Positions 29,012 through 39,686 of a DNA stretch of 64,000 nt are shown here, in pieces; position 1 is the stretch's first letter, and every line of letters starts with the position of its first letter. Source of the stretch: Dehalococcoidia bacterium (lineage in GTDB: Bacteria > Chloroflexota > Dehalococcoidia > Lucifugimonadales > QGNO01). The notes under the pieces are model-generated. The model did not search any database. It was not told the DNA's origin and saw nothing but the letters and a program-made list of their open reading frames with translations. The DNA lies in the NCBI GenBank assembly GCA_034422935.1, contig DAOUJH010000010.1:118820-182819 (forward strand). Direction: 5' to 3'. Position numbers and translations under genes: made by a program.

Positions 29012-29783
29012 TGGGTAGAAAGTCCTTGTAGTTAACTTGCAACAGGCAAAGGCCCTGGGGAGGCATTGTCCTAGCCAGGCCTGAGTTCCAAGGGTTGGTG
29101 CTGCCCTGTAGCGTGGCGGGAACGGCCTCAGGGGAGGCGCGGCCGTTGCCTACAGCCACCAGCAGACCGGCAATACGGCGCATCTGGTGTGGAAGAAAGG
29201 CGTTGGCCTCCACCTGGAACCTCACCGTATCCTCATCACGGTCTACGGCTCCGGCCATGATGCGTCGCACGGTGCTCTTTCCCGGTGGCACGGGGCCGCT
29301 GAGAGGAGCAAAGTCGTGCTCTCCTATCATCCAATCCAAGGCGTAGCGCATAGCGTCCTCATCCAGCGACTCCGCCACGCGGGCGGAATAGCGCTCTCGC
29401 AAGGGCGAGGGCGATCCGCTGTTGAGAATGGAGTATCCGTAGACTCTGCTCACTGCATGACGCCGGGGATCAAAGGATACGTCTACATAGCAGGCCTTCT
29501 TCACGGCAATATCGCTGGGAAGAAAGTGATTCAGGCCGCTGAGCAAACTGTCCGGGGATAGATTAGAACGGGTGAGGAACGCCACTGCCTGTCCCATGGC
29601 GTGCACGCCAACGTCGGTGCGGCCCGCGGCCTTGATGCGAGCTTTCTCCATGGTCAGCCGCTGAATGGCGGACTCTATCTCGCTCTGGACGGTGGGAACG
29701 CCGGGTTGATACTGAAAGCCGCGGTAAGAGGTACCGTCGTACTCAACGATGAGGGCGGCCTTGCGAGGATGCGGGTTCTGCAT
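29001..29783 (-). CDS. truA: tRNA pseudouridine(38-40) synthase
   Basis: YDGT.Y.GFQ.Q, AGRTD.GVHA, G.HDF, FL.HQMR, P.QGL.L. Confidence 0.95.
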   Translation of the reverse strand: MQNPHPRKAALIVEYDGTSYRGFQYQPGVPTVQSEIESAIQRLTMEKARIKAAGRTDVGVHAMGQAVAFLTRSNLSPDSLLSGLNHFLPSDIAVKKACYVDVSFDPRRHAVSRVYGYSILNSGSPSPLRERYSARVAESLDEDAMRYALDWMIGEHDFAPLSGPVPPGKSTVRRIMAGAVDRDEDTVRFQVEANAFLPHQMRRIAGLLVAVGNGRASPEAVPATLQGSTNPWNSGLARTMPPQGLCLLQVNYKDFLPNGY

Positions 29784-29785
29784 AC

Positions 29786-30136
29786 TTACACCAACTCCAG
29801 CAAGGCCATGGAAGCTCCGTCGCCCTTGCGGGGGGCCAGCTTGAGCACGCGGGTATAGCCTCCCGGCCGTTCCGAATATCTTTCACTGAGGTCATCGAAC
29901 ACCTTGGCTATGACGTCTTTGTCGGGAAGGAAGGACAAAGCCAACCGGCGATGATGAAGACTTCCCTTCTTGCCGTAGGTGATGACGCGTTCCGCCAAAC
30001 CGCGGACCTCTTTAGCCTTGGCCTCCGTAGTAGTGATGCGCTCGTTGAGCAGGAGATCACGAACAAGGCCGCGGTAGAGGGCTTTGCGCTGACCTCCGTT
30101 GCGGTTGAGCTTTCTTCCGGCGACTCTATGCCTCAC
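29786..30136 (-). CDS. rplQ: 50S ribosomal protein L17
   Basis: MRHRVAGRKLNR, ITTTEAKAKE, R.GGYTR, RKGDGA.MA. Confidence 0.97.
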   Translation of the reverse strand: MRHRVAGRKLNRNGGQRKALYRGLVRDLLLNERITTTEAKAKEVRGLAERVITYGKKGSLHHRRLALSFLPDKDVIAKVFDDLSERYSERPGGYTRVLKLAPRKGDGASMALLELV

Positions 30137-31206
30137 AACTGCTCCTCCTGGTTCTCCGGAGCAAGCCCAAGCGGCTCAGGTTCCTCATCCAAGGTGGTGA
30201 GGTGGTCTTCCGCGGGCAGGTCGCCATTACTGACGCCGTTCTGGGACTTCGTCTCCTCAGGGAGGTATCCCAGGTCTTCCAGCTTTGTATAAAGCTCGCG
30301 CAGCGACTTTTCGCCGAAGTTACGTATCTTGAGCAAGTCCGACTTGTCCCTTTCCAGGACTTCGCCGACACGGTTGATGTGCGCCCGTTTGAGGCAATTC
30401 AAGGTGCGCGCCGAGAGGTCAAGCTTTTCTACGGGTGTGTTGTAGACCTCCGCGGGGACGGCTACGGCCAGGGACGCGACCTCTCCCGTCGCTTCGGCCG
30501 ACTTGCGGATATTGGCGAAGAGGAAGAATCTATCCACCAAGATATTGCCTGCTTTGGCCAGTGCTTCCAGAGGGCTTATGGTGTAGTCGGTCCATATCTC
30601 CAGGACTAGCAACTCAAAGTCAGTCCTGTGACCGACACGGGTGAGCTCAACGCTGAAGTTGACGCGGCGCACGGGAGTGTATATAGCATCCATGGGCAGT
30701 ACGCCTATGGGCAGACCGTCACCCTCGACGGCGGGGACGTAGCCTGTGCCCTGCTCCACGTTCAACTCCACTGAGAGAGTGGCTTCCGGTGAGTCCAGGG
30801 TGGCTATGTGAAGCTCCGGGTTGGCTATCTCAAAATCCGCCGAGGTCATGATATCGCCGGCGGTGACCTCTCCCTCTCCCGTCACTTCCAGTCTGAGCTT
30901 GCCGGGTCTGTCGGCCAGGGAGCGGAGCCTAACTGCCTTGAAATTGAGAAGAAGGTCTGAGACTCCCTCTTTGACGTGGGGTATGGTGGAATATTCATGT
31001 GCAACACTCTCCACCTTTACCCAGGTAATAGCGGTGCCGGGTATGGAACTGAGCAGCACCCTGCGCAAGGGATTGCCCAGTGTGGTCCCATATCCACGCT
31101 CCAAGGGACCTATGGTGAACTTGCCGTAACCGTCCGTGACATCTTCAACCTTGATTTCAGGTCGAGGAATCTCAACGTTCGGAACGGGAACAGGCGTCAA
31201 CAACAC
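30133..31206 (-). CDS. rpoA: RNA polymerase alpha subunit (start probably GTG 31206 or TTG 31203)
   Basis: PLERGYGTTLGN.LRRVLLSSIPG, DAIYTPV, LSART.NCLKRA, NFGEKSL; GGAGG SD at 31211-31215. Confidence 0.97.
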   Translation of the reverse strand: MLLTPVPVPNVEIPRPEIKVEDVTDGYGKFTIGPLERGYGTTLGNPLRRVLLSSIPGTAITWVKVESVAHEYSTIPHVKEGVSDLLLNFKAVRLRSLADRPGKLRLEVTGEGEVTAGDIMTSADFEIANPELHIATLDSPEATLSVELNVEQGTGYVPAVEGDGLPIGVLPMDAIYTPVRRVNFSVELTRVGHRTDFELLVLEIWTDYTISPLEALAKAGNILVDRFFLFANIRKSAEATGEVASLAVAVPAEVYNTPVEKLDLSARTLNCLKRAHINRVGEVLERDKSDLLKIRNFGEKSLRELYTKLEDLGYLPEETKSQNGVSNGDLPAEDHLTTLDEEPEPLGLAPENQEEQL

Positions 31207-31228
31207 AGCACCTCCAACAGGCGATACA

Positions 31229-31855
31229 CTACTTAGAGTAATACTCAACTATCAATCTGGTTTCAATACCGCTCTCCAGCTCGCTGGCATTCGGCGGTCT
31301 GATGACGGTCCCCGATAGGTTCTTGGTGTCTACGGTAAGCCACGCGGGAACCGCTTTTCTGGGCATACCGCCTATCAGGTCTTTTACAAACTGCTTATCG
31401 CTATTGGACGGCTTCCAGGCTATGACCTGGTCGGGCTTCAGGCGGTAAGAAGGGATGTTCACTTTTCTGCCGTCCACAGTGAAGTGGCCGTGACGCACCA
31501 TCTGGCGCGCCTGCGACCTTGACTCCGCGAAGTCCAAGCGGTAGACCACGTTGTCCAACCGCTGCTCCAACAGCTGCAACAGAGCTTCGCCCGTGTTCTG
31601 CGGACTCTTCTGCGCCTGCTCAAAGTAGTTGCGGAACTGGCGCTCCAAAAGTCCGAACATCACACGCGCCTTCTGCTTTTCTCTAAGCTGGATACCCCAA
31701 TCGCTGGCTCTTCTGCGCCTTGGCGTCTGGTCGCCAGGCGGACGCCGCCTGCGCTCGATGGCGCAGCGCGGTGTATAGCACCTCTCACCCTTTAGCAAAA
31801 GCTTCTCCCCTGCCCGGCGGCACAGCCTGCACGCAGGTCCGGTGTATCTGCCCAT
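31229..31855 (-). CDS. rpsD: 30S ribosomal protein S4
   Basis: MGRYTGP.CRLCRR, QLREKQK, LEQRLDNVVYR, ARQMV.HGH. Confidence 0.97.
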   Translation of the reverse strand: MGRYTGPACRLCRRAGEKLLLKGERCYTPRCAIERRRRPPGDQTPRRRRASDWGIQLREKQKARVMFGLLERQFRNYFEQAQKSPQNTGEALLQLLEQRLDNVVYRLDFAESRSQARQMVRHGHFTVDGRKVNIPSYRLKPDQVIAWKPSNSDKQFVKDLIGGMPRKAVPAWLTVDTKNLSGTVIRPPNASELESGIETRLIVEYYSK

Positions 31856-31861
31856 ACTCTT

Positions 31862-32251
31862 CTACACTCTCCTTTTCTTTGGTGGCCTGCAGCCATTGTG
31901 CGGGATGGGTGTGACATCCCGTATGCTTGTCACGTTGATGCCGGCGGCCTGTAGGGAGCGGATGGCCGCCTCCCTGCCCGCGCCGGGGCCTTTGATCAGT
32001 ACTTCCACTTCCCTGACGCCATGCTCCATGGCACGCCGCGCCGCGGAGTCAGCGGCACGCTGTGCGGCAAAGGCGGTGCCTTTGCGAGCCCCCTTGAAGC
32101 CCACCGTGCCTGAGCTGCCCCAGGATAAAACGTTGCCATCCGGATCCGTCAAAGTGATCAGAGTATTGTTGAAGGTGGAATGGATATAAGCCTTCCCCTT
32201 GGGAACGAACTTCCTTTCCCTTCTGCGCGGTCTTGATCTTCCTCTAGCCAT
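31862..32251 (-). CDS. rpsK: 30S ribosomal protein S11
   Basis: [41 protein letters not shown]. Confidence 0.98.
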   Translation of the reverse strand: MARGRSRPRRRERKFVPKGKAYIHSTFNNTLITLTDPDGNVLSWGSSGTVGFKGARKGTAFAAQRAADSAARRAMEHGVREVEVLIKGPGAGREAAIRSLQAAGINVTSIRDVTPIPHNGCRPPKKRRV

Positions 32252-32264
32252 ATCGATGGGTCTC

Positions 32265-32648
32265 CTACTTCTTGCCTACGGTGCGGCGGCGTCCGGCAAC
32301 AGTCCTGCGCGCGCCGCGCTTGGTTCGTGCGTTTGTCTTGGTCCTCTGCCCGCGGACGGGTAAGCCACGCCGATGTCGCAGCCCGCGGTAGCTCCCAATG
32401 TCCATGAGACGCCGGATGTTCATGTTGACCTCGCGACGGAGGTCCCCCTCTACCCTGTACTCCTTGTCTATGACCTCTCGGAGCCTGTTCAACTCCTCTT
32501 CCGAAAGGTCTCTGACCCTGGGATTGGCCTTCACCTCAGCCCTGTCCAGCACTCTGAGAGCTATCTTGGGACCTATCCCATAGATACGTCTCAGAGAGAC
32601 CTCCACCCGCTTGTTGTCCGGAATGTCCACGCCTGCTATGCGCGCCAT
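32265..32648 (-). CDS. rpsM: 30S ribosomal protein S13
   Basis: [33 protein letters not shown]. Confidence 0.98.
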   Translation of the reverse strand: MARIAGVDIPDNKRVEVSLRRIYGIGPKIALRVLDRAEVKANPRVRDLSEEELNRLREVIDKEYRVEGDLRREVNMNIRRLMDIGSYRGLRHRRGLPVRGQRTKTNARTKRGARRTVAGRRRTVGKK

Positions 32649-32694
32649 ATTGCCCCCTCCTTGGGTGATACGCCATGCCGTTTCCTAATCCGCA

Positions 32695-32808
32695 TCATCC
32701 TTGCCTCTGCATATGCTTGGGATTGGTGCAGATAACCCTAACTCTACCTTCACGGCGAATTATCTTGCACCTGTCGCACATTTTCTTCACTGAAGACCGT
32801 ACTTTCAT
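32695..32808 (-). CDS. rpmJ: 50S ribosomal protein L36 (Zn-binding type)
   Basis: Translated by hand: [37 protein letters not shown]; too short for the ORF track. Confidence 0.96.
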   Translation of the reverse strand: MKVRSSVKKMCDRCKIIRREGRVRVICTNPKHMQRQG

Positions 32809-32819
32809 TCCTACCGTTC

Positions 32820-33044
32820 CTACCTGAATCGGAAAGTGACCCGGCCACGGGTGAGGTCATAGGGGGACAGCTCCACCAAGACGCGGTCTCCCTGGAGCAC
32901 GCGTATAAAGTGCATCCTCATCTTCCCAGAGATGTGTGCCAGGACTTGGTGTCCATTGGCAAGCTCCACCTTGAACGTAGCGTTGGGCAGAGCCTCCTTG
33001 ACCGTTCCCTCTACTTCTATGGTCTCTTTCTCTTTCTTAGCCAT
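32820..33044 (-). CDS. infA: Translation initiation factor IF-1
   Basis: [46 protein letters not shown]. Confidence 0.97.
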   Translation of the reverse strand: MAKKEKETIEVEGTVKEALPNATFKVELANGHQVLAHISGKMRMHFIRVLQGDRVLVELSPYDLTRGRVTFRFR

Positions 33045-33050
33045 TAGCAA

Positions 33051-33881
33051 TCAGAGTGCGTTATGAATCCTTTCACTGTTCCGTCTGGTGAGGACTTCCG
33101 GCCCTTGCTCCGTTACGGCCACGGTATGCTCGAAATGGGCCGAAAGGGAGCCGTCGGCGGTGACCACTGTCCAATTGTCCTCAAGTACGCGGGTCTGCCA
33201 TCCTCCCATGTTGAGCATGGGTTCAATGGCAATCACCATACCCGGCCTGAGCAGCGGGCCTCTACCGGCCTCGCCAAAGTTGGGCACGGAAGGCTCCTCG
33301 TGCAGAGAGCGGCCTATGCCGTGGCCAACGTATTCTCTGACTATCCCGTAACCGCTGGGTTCGGCGAATCGCTGAACTGCGGCAGAGATGTCTCCAACAC
33401 GGTTCCCCGCAACGGCTGCCTTAATACCCTCTTCCAAGCTAAGGCGCGTAGTTTCTAGGAGTAGCTCAACCTCAGGGGATATGCTGCCCACGGCTATGGT
33501 CGTGGCGCTGTCCCCATGGTGGTCGTCCACTATAGCGCCGACGTCAACGCTTACAATGTCGCCCTCACGAACTACCCTATCTCCCGGTATGCCGTGCACT
33601 ATCTCCTCGTTGAAGGAGAAACAGATTGTAGCAGGAAACCCGCGATAGCCCTTGAAAGAGGGCCTTGCGCCGAGACGTCTTATTTCCCGTTCGGCTATGA
33701 GGTCAAGCTCCTTAGCCTTCATACCGGGCTGAATAGAGGCACGCAGAGCTTCTATGGCTGCCGCCACGACCTGACCGGCCTTGCGCATGCTTTCAAGCTC
33801 CTGCGGCGATTTTACGCTGATCCCGCTGGCGCCCGTCTTTATTTCGTTCAATAAAAGGTCTGTCATGTTTAGCATGGTCAA
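33051..33881 (-). CDS. map: Type I methionine aminopeptidase
   Basis: VKSPQE, SFKGYRGFP, NEEIVHGIP, GDIVSVDVG, GHGIG..LHEEP, AIEPM, SAHFEHTV. Start uncertain (TTG 33881 or ATG 33875/33866). Confidence 0.95.
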   Translation of the reverse strand: MTMLNMTDLLLNEIKTGASGISVKSPQELESMRKAGQVVAAAIEALRASIQPGMKAKELDLIAEREIRRLGARPSFKGYRGFPATICFSFNEEIVHGIPGDRVVREGDIVSVDVGAIVDDHHGDSATTIAVGSISPEVELLLETTRLSLEEGIKAAVAGNRVGDISAAVQRFAEPSGYGIVREYVGHGIGRSLHEEPSVPNFGEAGRGPLLRPGMVIAIEPMLNMGGWQTRVLEDNWTVVTADGSLSAHFEHTVAVTEQGPEVLTRRNSERIHNAL

Positions 33882-33923
33882 CTTATCTATTATACTTCAA
33901 CCGCCCTAGCTCCCAAACCTCGC

Positions 33924-34568
33924 CTATTCAACGGCAACAAGCCCGGAAACAGCCCGTAAGGTCTCCGCGGCAACCTGTCCAGCGGCCTGCTCTCCGTTGA
34001 TTTCAATCAGTTTGCCCTGTGCTCCGTAGTGACCCAGCAACTCGTTGAGGCCGGACCACTGAACCTGTAGACGCTTCCTCACCACTTCGGGCTTGTCATC
34101 GTCTCGCTGATATAGCACTCCGTCGCACTTTTCACACTGGGAGGCGGCATCCAGGTCAATCATCGAGTAGGGGACCTCGCAACCGTCGCAGACCAGCCTC
34201 TGACTAAGCCGCTGCACAAGCTCGTCTTCGCTAACCTGGATGTAGACGGCGCCCTCTATTGGAATGCCGTTCAACGCCTGGTCCAAGGCCCCGGCTTGCG
34301 GGAGTGTCCTGGGAAATCCGTCCAAGACGAAGCCCGCGCCGCCAACCTGTTCTATGCGTTCAAGGATCATTCTGATCGTTACGTCGTCTGGGACAAGCTC
34401 ACCCTTCTCCATGTAGCTATTGGCAAGCAGCCCCAACTCAGTACCTTGGGACCGGTGATACCGGAACAGGTTCCCGGAAGATATAGAGGGAACATCCAAC
34501 TCCTCTGAGAGAAGGTGGGCCTGTGTACCTTTGCCGGCTCCAGCCAGTCCAAGCAATACTATCCGCAA
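33924..34568 (-). CDS. adk: Adenylate kinase with Zn-binding LID
   Basis: GLAGAGKGTQA, G.LVPD, LDGFPRT, CxxC...CxxC LID, QRDDD. Confidence 0.95.
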   Translation of the reverse strand: MRIVLLGLAGAGKGTQAHLLSEELDVPSISSGNLFRYHRSQGTELGLLANSYMEKGELVPDDVTIRMILERIEQVGGAGFVLDGFPRTLPQAGALDQALNGIPIEGAVYIQVSEDELVQRLSQRLVCDGCEVPYSMIDLDAASQCEKCDGVLYQRDDDKPEVVRKRLQVQWSGLNELLGHYGAQGKLIEINGEQAAGQVAAETLRAVSGLVAVE

Positions 34569-34575
34569 ATCTTAC

Positions 34576-35922
34576 CTACCGTAGAAATCCTTCATAGTTG
34601 CGCATGAGCAGCTGCGCTTCTAGCTGTCTCAGCGTGTCCAATGCCACGCTGACCATGATGAGCAGGCTAGCGCTACTCAACTGAATAGCGCGTATGTCCG
34701 TTAGTATAGTGGCAAAGTAGGGAATGATAGCTACTACTCCAAGGAAGATAGCGCCACCCCAGGTGATGCGTATGATGACGCGGTTGAGAAAGTCCGCCGT
34801 GGGCCGCCCGGGCCTGATGCCCGGTATGAAGCCGCCGTTCTTCTGCAAGTTTTCAGCAAGGTTCTGTTGCTGGAACGTGACCAGTGTATAGAAGAAAGTG
34901 AACACGACTACCAGAATGAACAGAAGTATCCAGTAGGTCAGCCCGGTTGGCGCCAGGGAGGTCTCGAAGAAGCGAGCAATCTGACCAAAGACCGATGTGC
35001 TGGTAGGGCTGGCAATGTAGCTGGCCATGGTGGCGGGCAGCACCATGATGGAAAAGGCGAAGATGAGAGGTATCATGCCCGCGGAGTTTACCCGCAACGG
35101 GACATAGGTAGTGCCAGATTGGCGGTACATACGGCCTCCCCTGAATACGCTTCTGCCGTATTGCACTGGGATGCGTCGCTGTGCCTCCGTGAAGTATACG
35201 ATTAGGTAGACGATTACTACACCTATAGCGATGAGTAGAAACAGGCCGCCAAGGTTGTTTCGCTCTAGGAATCCTTGCCCAACAAGCTGAGGAAACTCGG
35301 CCACTATGCCAGCGAATATGATGATGGAAATTCCATTTCCAATGCCCCGCTCAGTGATGAGCTCACCGAGCCAGACCAGGAACACTGCGCCTGCCGTCAT
35401 GGAAATGACCATGGTAACGGTGGTTAGGTTGAGGCCGGTGGTGAAGTCGGAGCCTGCAAGGCCGCCAAAGCGGTTTATCAGGGCAAGCTGCCCGTATCCC
35501 TGGGCAAGCGCTATCGGCACCATCAAGTAGTGAGTGATCTGGTTCATTCTCTGACGGCCGGCCTCACCTTCCTTGGCGAGAGCCTGCAGACGTGGGATGA
35601 CCGGGGTCATCAACTGCATGACTATGGATGCCGTAATGTAGGGGTAGACGCCCAGCGCCATTATGCTGAGGTTGCGCAGACCGCCGCCACTGAACAGGTC
35701 TATAAAGCCAAACAATGCGTTGCTCTCAAAGGCGCTGTTCAAGGCGTTGCGGTCTATGTTTATGACCGGGACGTGAGCCAGGAAGCGGAACACCACCAGC
35801 ATTACCAACACAAAGAGAATACGGTTCCGCAAGTCTGGCACACGGACGGCATCTATCATCGCCTGGAGAAGAGCCGGGCGCGATGACTGCTGCTGTCTTA
35901 CGGATGAAGCACGCGAGGTCAT
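34576..35922 (-). CDS. secY: Preprotein translocase SecY
   Basis: LGVYPYITASIVMQL, WLGELITERGIGNGIS, GGFIPGIRPG, LLIMVSVALDT. Confidence 0.98.
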   Translation of the reverse strand: MTSRASSVRQQQSSRPALLQAMIDAVRVPDLRNRILFVLVMLVVFRFLAHVPVINIDRNALNSAFESNALFGFIDLFSGGGLRNLSIMALGVYPYITASIVMQLMTPVIPRLQALAKEGEAGRQRMNQITHYLMVPIALAQGYGQLALINRFGGLAGSDFTTGLNLTTVTMVISMTAGAVFLVWLGELITERGIGNGISIIIFAGIVAEFPQLVGQGFLERNNLGGLFLLIAIGVVIVYLIVYFTEAQRRIPVQYGRSVFRGGRMYRQSGTTYVPLRVNSAGMIPLIFAFSIMVLPATMASYIASPTSTSVFGQIARFFETSLAPTGLTYWILLFILVVVFTFFYTLVTFQQQNLAENLQKNGGFIPGIRPGRPTADFLNRVIIRITWGGAIFLGVVAIIPYFATILTDIRAIQLSSASLLIMVSVALDTLRQLEAQLLMRNYEGFLR

Positions 35923-36362
35923 ACCACCTCTACCGAACCGCCCGCTGCTTCTATTGCAGCCCGAGCTGATTTGCTGAACTTATGGGCAGTCACGTTGAGC
36001 GGTTCCTGCAAAGCGCCCCTGCCCAGTATCTTGACCGGTTTCTTACTACTTTTTACTATGCCCAACTCCTTGAGCGTCGTGGGGTTCACGACGGCATTCG
36101 AAGGGAGTGAATTGAGGCGCTCCAAGTTCACTTCCTGGTACTCCACCCGGAATATATTGGTGAATCCCCGCAGCATGGGCAAGGACTTCATTAAAGGCAG
36201 GGTGCCTCCGGAAAATCCACGGCGCAGCTTGCCGCCGCTCCGCGACTTTTGTCCCTTCATGCCGCGCCCGGAGTAGTTTCCGCGGCCGCTGCCGTCGCCG
36301 CGGCCCACACGCCGGTAGCGTGTGCGAGATCCCTTGGCGGATTTCAATTGGTGCTGTTTCAT
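35919..36362 (-). CDS. rplO: 50S ribosomal protein L15
   Basis: RVGRG.GSG.G..SGRG.KGQKSRSG, FS..A...IEAAGG. Confidence 0.97.
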   Translation of the reverse strand: MKQHQLKSAKGSRTRYRRVGRGDGSGRGNYSGRGMKGQKSRSGGKLRRGFSGGTLPLMKSLPMLRGFTNIFRVEYQEVNLERLNSLPSNAVVNPTTLKELGIVKSSKKPVKILGRGALQEPLNVTAHKFSKSARAAIEAAGGSVEVV

Positions 36363-36365
36363 GAT

Positions 36366-36557
36366 TTATCCGTCATCCCTGGACTGTTCAACTGTAACCA
36401 GATGCCGCACCTTGTGCAGCATGCCGCGTATGGAAGGCGTATCGGCATGTTCCACCGTGTGGTGCAACCTGTGTAATCCCAGCGCTTTGATCACCCTTCG
36501 CTGAGTACGAGGATAGCCTATTGTGCTCTTGGTCCATGTTATAAGCAGTTTGCTCAT
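36366..36557 (-). CDS. rpmD: 50S ribosomal protein L30
   Basis: IT..KS.IG, ALGL.RL...VE..DTP.IRGM..KV.HLV. Confidence 0.95.
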   Translation of the reverse strand: MSKLLITWTKSTIGYPRTQRRVIKALGLHRLHHTVEHADTPSIRGMLHKVRHLVTVEQSRDDG

Positions 36558-36560
36558 ATT

Positions 36561-37166
36561 CTACGCTCGGCCTGGATATCCGCTCTCTGTTGTCGGTAGT
36601 ACAGGGGAACCCTCTTCTTCAACCTCAACCGGCATAGGGGAAACGGCCTGTTCTTGTTCAGATTCCTCTGGGACTTCTTCCTGTTCGGGCGCAAACATTG
36701 CCAGCTGCCTCAATGCCTCTATGGTAGCTCTCACTACATTGATAGGGTTCTGGCTACGCAGGGACTTGGCCACAACGTCTTTGGCTCCAACCATATCCAG
36801 CACGGCGCGCATGGAGGGCCCGGAAATGATGCCCGTCCCGGGAGGTGCAGGTTTTAGCATCACCTGGGCGGCTCCGTACTTGGCCTTGACCTGAAATGGT
36901 ACGGTGGTGCCCTTCAGAGGCACGGTTATCAACGTCTTTTGCGCAATGGTAGCGCCTTTCCTCACTGCGTCAGGTATGGCGATAGCTTTGCCCAAGCCTG
37001 AACCGACCCTGCCATGGCCGTCACCGACCACCACAAGGGCGCTGAAGGTGAGGTGTCGTCCGCCCTTGACGACTTTGGCGACACGGCGAATGTTGACAAC
37101 GCGCTCGGTAAGGGTCACTTCCTCCCTGTCCAGGTTATCTATAACTCTATTCATCTGGTTGACCAT
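36561..37166 (-). CDS. rpsE: 30S ribosomal protein S5 with acidic C-terminal extension
   Basis: RVAKVVKGGR..TFSALVVVGDG.G, LKPA.PGTG, KSL.SQNP.NVVRAT. Confidence 0.97.
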   Translation of the reverse strand: MVNQMNRVIDNLDREEVTLTERVVNIRRVAKVVKGGRHLTFSALVVVGDGHGRVGSGLGKAIAIPDAVRKGATIAQKTLITVPLKGTTVPFQVKAKYGAAQVMLKPAPPGTGIISGPSMRAVLDMVGAKDVVAKSLRSQNPINVVRATIEALRQLAMFAPEQEEVPEESEQEQAVSPMPVEVEEEGSPVLPTTESGYPGRA

Positions 37167-37528
37167 TAGAATTCAAGACCTCCCTCACGGGCAGCATCGG
37201 CCAGTGCCTTGACCCTACCGTGGTATTTATAGCCCCCTCTGTCAAAGATAACCCTGGTAACACCTACCTTGCTTGCCGCCTCAGCAATCTGTTTGCCCAC
37301 GGCGGATGCGGCCTGCGTCTTCACCATACCCGCTCCGTTCTGTTCCAGAGACAGGCTGGAGGCGGCAACGATCGTGCGGCCCGTTGAGTCGTCGATGACC
37401 TGAGCGTATACCTGGCGCAGGCTGCGGAACACGCTCAACCTGGGCCGCTCGGCAGTCCCCGCCACTTTCTTGCGTACGCGGATATGCCTGGAGCGTCTGC
37501 TGTGGGTCCTGTTCTGTTTTCGAGCCAT
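37166..37528 (-). CDS. rplR: 50S ribosomal protein L18
   Basis: [41 protein letters not shown]. Confidence 0.98.
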   Translation of the reverse strand: MARKQNRTHSRRSRHIRVRKKVAGTAERPRLSVFRSLRQVYAQVIDDSTGRTIVAASSLSLEQNGAGMVKTQAASAVGKQIAEAASKVGVTRVIFDRGGYKYHGRVKALADAAREGGLEF

Positions 37529-37530
37529 GT

Positions 37531-38076
37531 TTACCTAGCCCTCGCCGCACTCTTGCCCGGTTTGAGACGGATGCGCTCGTTAAGATACCTTATCCCCTTG
37601 CCGGTATAGGCGTTGGGGCGGCGTATCCTCTTGATACGAGCGGCCATCTCTCCCACCAGCTGTTTGTCTATGCCGTTCACGTGAATGCGGTTGTTACCCT
37701 GCACTTCAAGGTCTACGCCCTCCATGGGCTGCACTTCCACGGGATGGGAGTAGCCGACTTGGACTATCACGTTGGGGCCGGATTGCTGGGCTCTATATCC
37801 CACTCCAACTATGTCCAGAGTCTTTTGGAATCCCTGGGAGACGCCTGTGACCATGTTGGCTATCAATGTACGCGTCAATCCATGCAGGGAGCGATGCTCC
37901 CTAGCTTCGGATTCCCTGGTCACTAGGACCTGAGAGTCGTTCACTGCCACGTTGATGCCTCCTCTGATCTGTTGCGCCAGGGAGCCCCTGGGCCCCTCTA
38001 CGCTGACCAGGCCGGCCTCTACCTTGACATTGACCCCCGGCGGTATCTCTATTGGCTGTCTGCCTATTCTGGACAT
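37531..38076 (-). CDS. rplF: 50S ribosomal protein L6
   Basis: [36 protein letters not shown]. Confidence 0.98.
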   Translation of the reverse strand: MSRIGRQPIEIPPGVNVKVEAGLVSVEGPRGSLAQQIRGGINVAVNDSQVLVTRESEAREHRSLHGLTRTLIANMVTGVSQGFQKTLDIVGVGYRAQQSGPNVIVQVGYSHPVEVQPMEGVDLEVQGNNRIHVNGIDKQLVGEMAARIKRIRRPNAYTGKGIRYLNERIRLKPGKSAARAR

Positions 38077-38080
38077 GTTC

Positions 38081-38494
38081 CTACCAAACGTAACAAAGTA
38101 TTTCTCCGCCTATTCCCCGTCGCCAAGCGTCCTGTCCGCTAAGCAATCCCTTGGACGTGGAAATGACCGACAGGCCGCGACCTCCATAGAAGCGCGGAAG
38201 CTGCTTCTTGTCGACGTACACTCGCAAGCCCGGCTTGCTGATGCGCCTGAGGCCCTTTATGACGGACTGGTTGTCCTCGTCATAGAGGAGCCTGATGCGC
38301 AGCACCTCCCCGGCCTCTTCATGGAACTGGTGATAGTCACTGATGAAACCTTCCTTCTTCAAAAGCTCTAGGATAGCCCTCTTCAGCTTTGAAGGCGGGG
38401 TGGACACCCAATCCCGGTGCACGGCAATGCCGTTGCGTATCCTTGTTAGCATGTCCCCAATGGGATCTGTTTGAGTCACAGTAGCACCTACCAA
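38081..38494 (-). CDS. rpsH: 30S ribosomal protein S8
   Basis: [37 protein letters not shown]. Confidence 0.98.
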   Translation of the reverse strand: MVGATVTQTDPIGDMLTRIRNGIAVHRDWVSTPPSKLKRAILELLKKEGFISDYHQFHEEAGEVLRIRLLYDEDNQSVIKGLRRISKPGLRVYVDKKQLPRFYGGRGLSVISTSKGLLSGQDAWRRGIGGEILCYVW

Positions 38495-38673
38495 CTAGCC
38501 TTTCTGATGCCGGGAAGCTCGCCGCGCAAAGCGAGTGTTCTGAAACAGATGCGGCACAGTCCAAAGTAGCGAATATACGCCCTGGGCCTCCCGCAGAGGT
38601 AGCAACGGTTATGATATTGTACTTTGAACTTTGGCGGCTTCCGCCATTTGGCTACTTTTGCTTCTTTGGCCAT
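38488..38673 (-). CDS. rpsN: 30S ribosomal protein S14, type Z (61 aa)
   Basis: Start ATG 38673: MAKEAK...[34 protein letters not shown]. Confidence 0.96.
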   Translation of the reverse strand: MAKEAKVAKWRKPPKFKVQYHNRCYLCGRPRAYIRYFGLCRICFRTLALRGELPGIRKASW

Positions 38674-38680
38674 TCTTACC

Positions 38681-39364
38681 TCAGTCGAGCCGCTCCCTGG
38701 CAAACGGTACTCCGAACATTTCCAGGAGGCGGAATGCTTCTTCATCCTTCTGAGCGGTGGTGACAAAGGTCACCTGGAAGCTGCGGATGCGGTCTATACG
38801 GTTGTAGTCTATCTCTGGGAAGATGATCTGTTCCCTGATGCCCAACGAGTAGTTTCCTCGCCCGTCAAAGCTGGTCCTGGGCACACCGCGGAAATCTCGT
38901 ATGCGGGGAAGCGCGGCATTGATGAGCCTTTCCATGAACTCATACATGCGGCGTCCTCTCAGAGTTACCATGACCCCAATCTGCATGCCGTCTCTGATCT
39001 TGAAGCCCGCTATGGACTTCCTGGCCCTGGTGACCACCGGCTTCTGCCCGGAGATGGCGGTCAGCATCTGGGATACGGAGTCAATGGCATTGGAGTTGGT
39101 CAGCGCCTCTCCCAAACCAACGTTCATCACGACTTTCTCCATGCGCGGGGCCTGTAGAGGGACCTTGTAGCCAAATTCGCTGATGAGCTGAGGCACAAAC
39201 TCCTGCCGGTACTTGAGGAGCAGAGTTGGCGCGTGGTTGGCAGCAGGTTGAGAGCCGTTTTCTTGAGTGCTCTGCGGCTTGGCCTGGCGCCCACGCTGGG
39301 GAGAGGCCGGCTTCTTCCGGCTCCGGGTGGACTCTGATTTCGGTTGCTTTTGTGCTTCTTCCAT
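38681..39364 (-). CDS. rplE: 50S ribosomal protein L5 with ~45-aa N-terminal extension
   Basis: [50 protein letters not shown]. Confidence 0.97.
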   Translation of the reverse strand: MEEAQKQPKSESTRSRKKPASPQRGRQAKPQSTQENGSQPAANHAPTLLLKYRQEFVPQLISEFGYKVPLQAPRMEKVVMNVGLGEALTNSNAIDSVSQMLTAISGQKPVVTRARKSIAGFKIRDGMQIGVMVTLRGRRMYEFMERLINAALPRIRDFRGVPRTSFDGRGNYSLGIREQIIFPEIDYNRIDRIRSFQVTFVTTAQKDEEAFRLLEMFGVPFARERLD

Positions 39365-39371
39365 AACGTCT

Positions 39372-39686
39372 CTATCTATCGATCATTTCTTTGCATAAAC
39401 GGCACACCCGTACTTTACGACCATCGTCAAGGTACGTGCGCCCGACGCGGACCGCTTTGTTGCAGGTTGGACAAACCAGCATAACCTTGGAAGCATGAAG
39501 AGAGGCTTCCATCTGGATTATTCCAGCCTGCCGCAGAGTGGAGGTAGGGCGCTGGTGCTTTCTAACCATATTGACGCCTTCCACTGTGACGCGATTCTTG
39601 GCGGGCAGGACGGACTGAACCGTGCCCCTCTTTCCAGCGTCCTTGCCGGAAATGACCTCCACCGTATCGTTCCTTCTAATGTTCAC
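39372..39686 (-). CDS. rplX: 50S ribosomal protein L24
   Basis: IRRND.V.VISGKD.GK.G.V, VEGVN, EAS.HASKV. Confidence 0.97.
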   Translation of the reverse strand: MNIRRNDTVEVISGKDAGKRGTVQSVLPAKNRVTVEGVNMVRKHQRPTSTLRQAGIIQMEASLHASKVMLVCPTCNKAVRVGRTYLDDGRKVRVCRLCKEMIDR

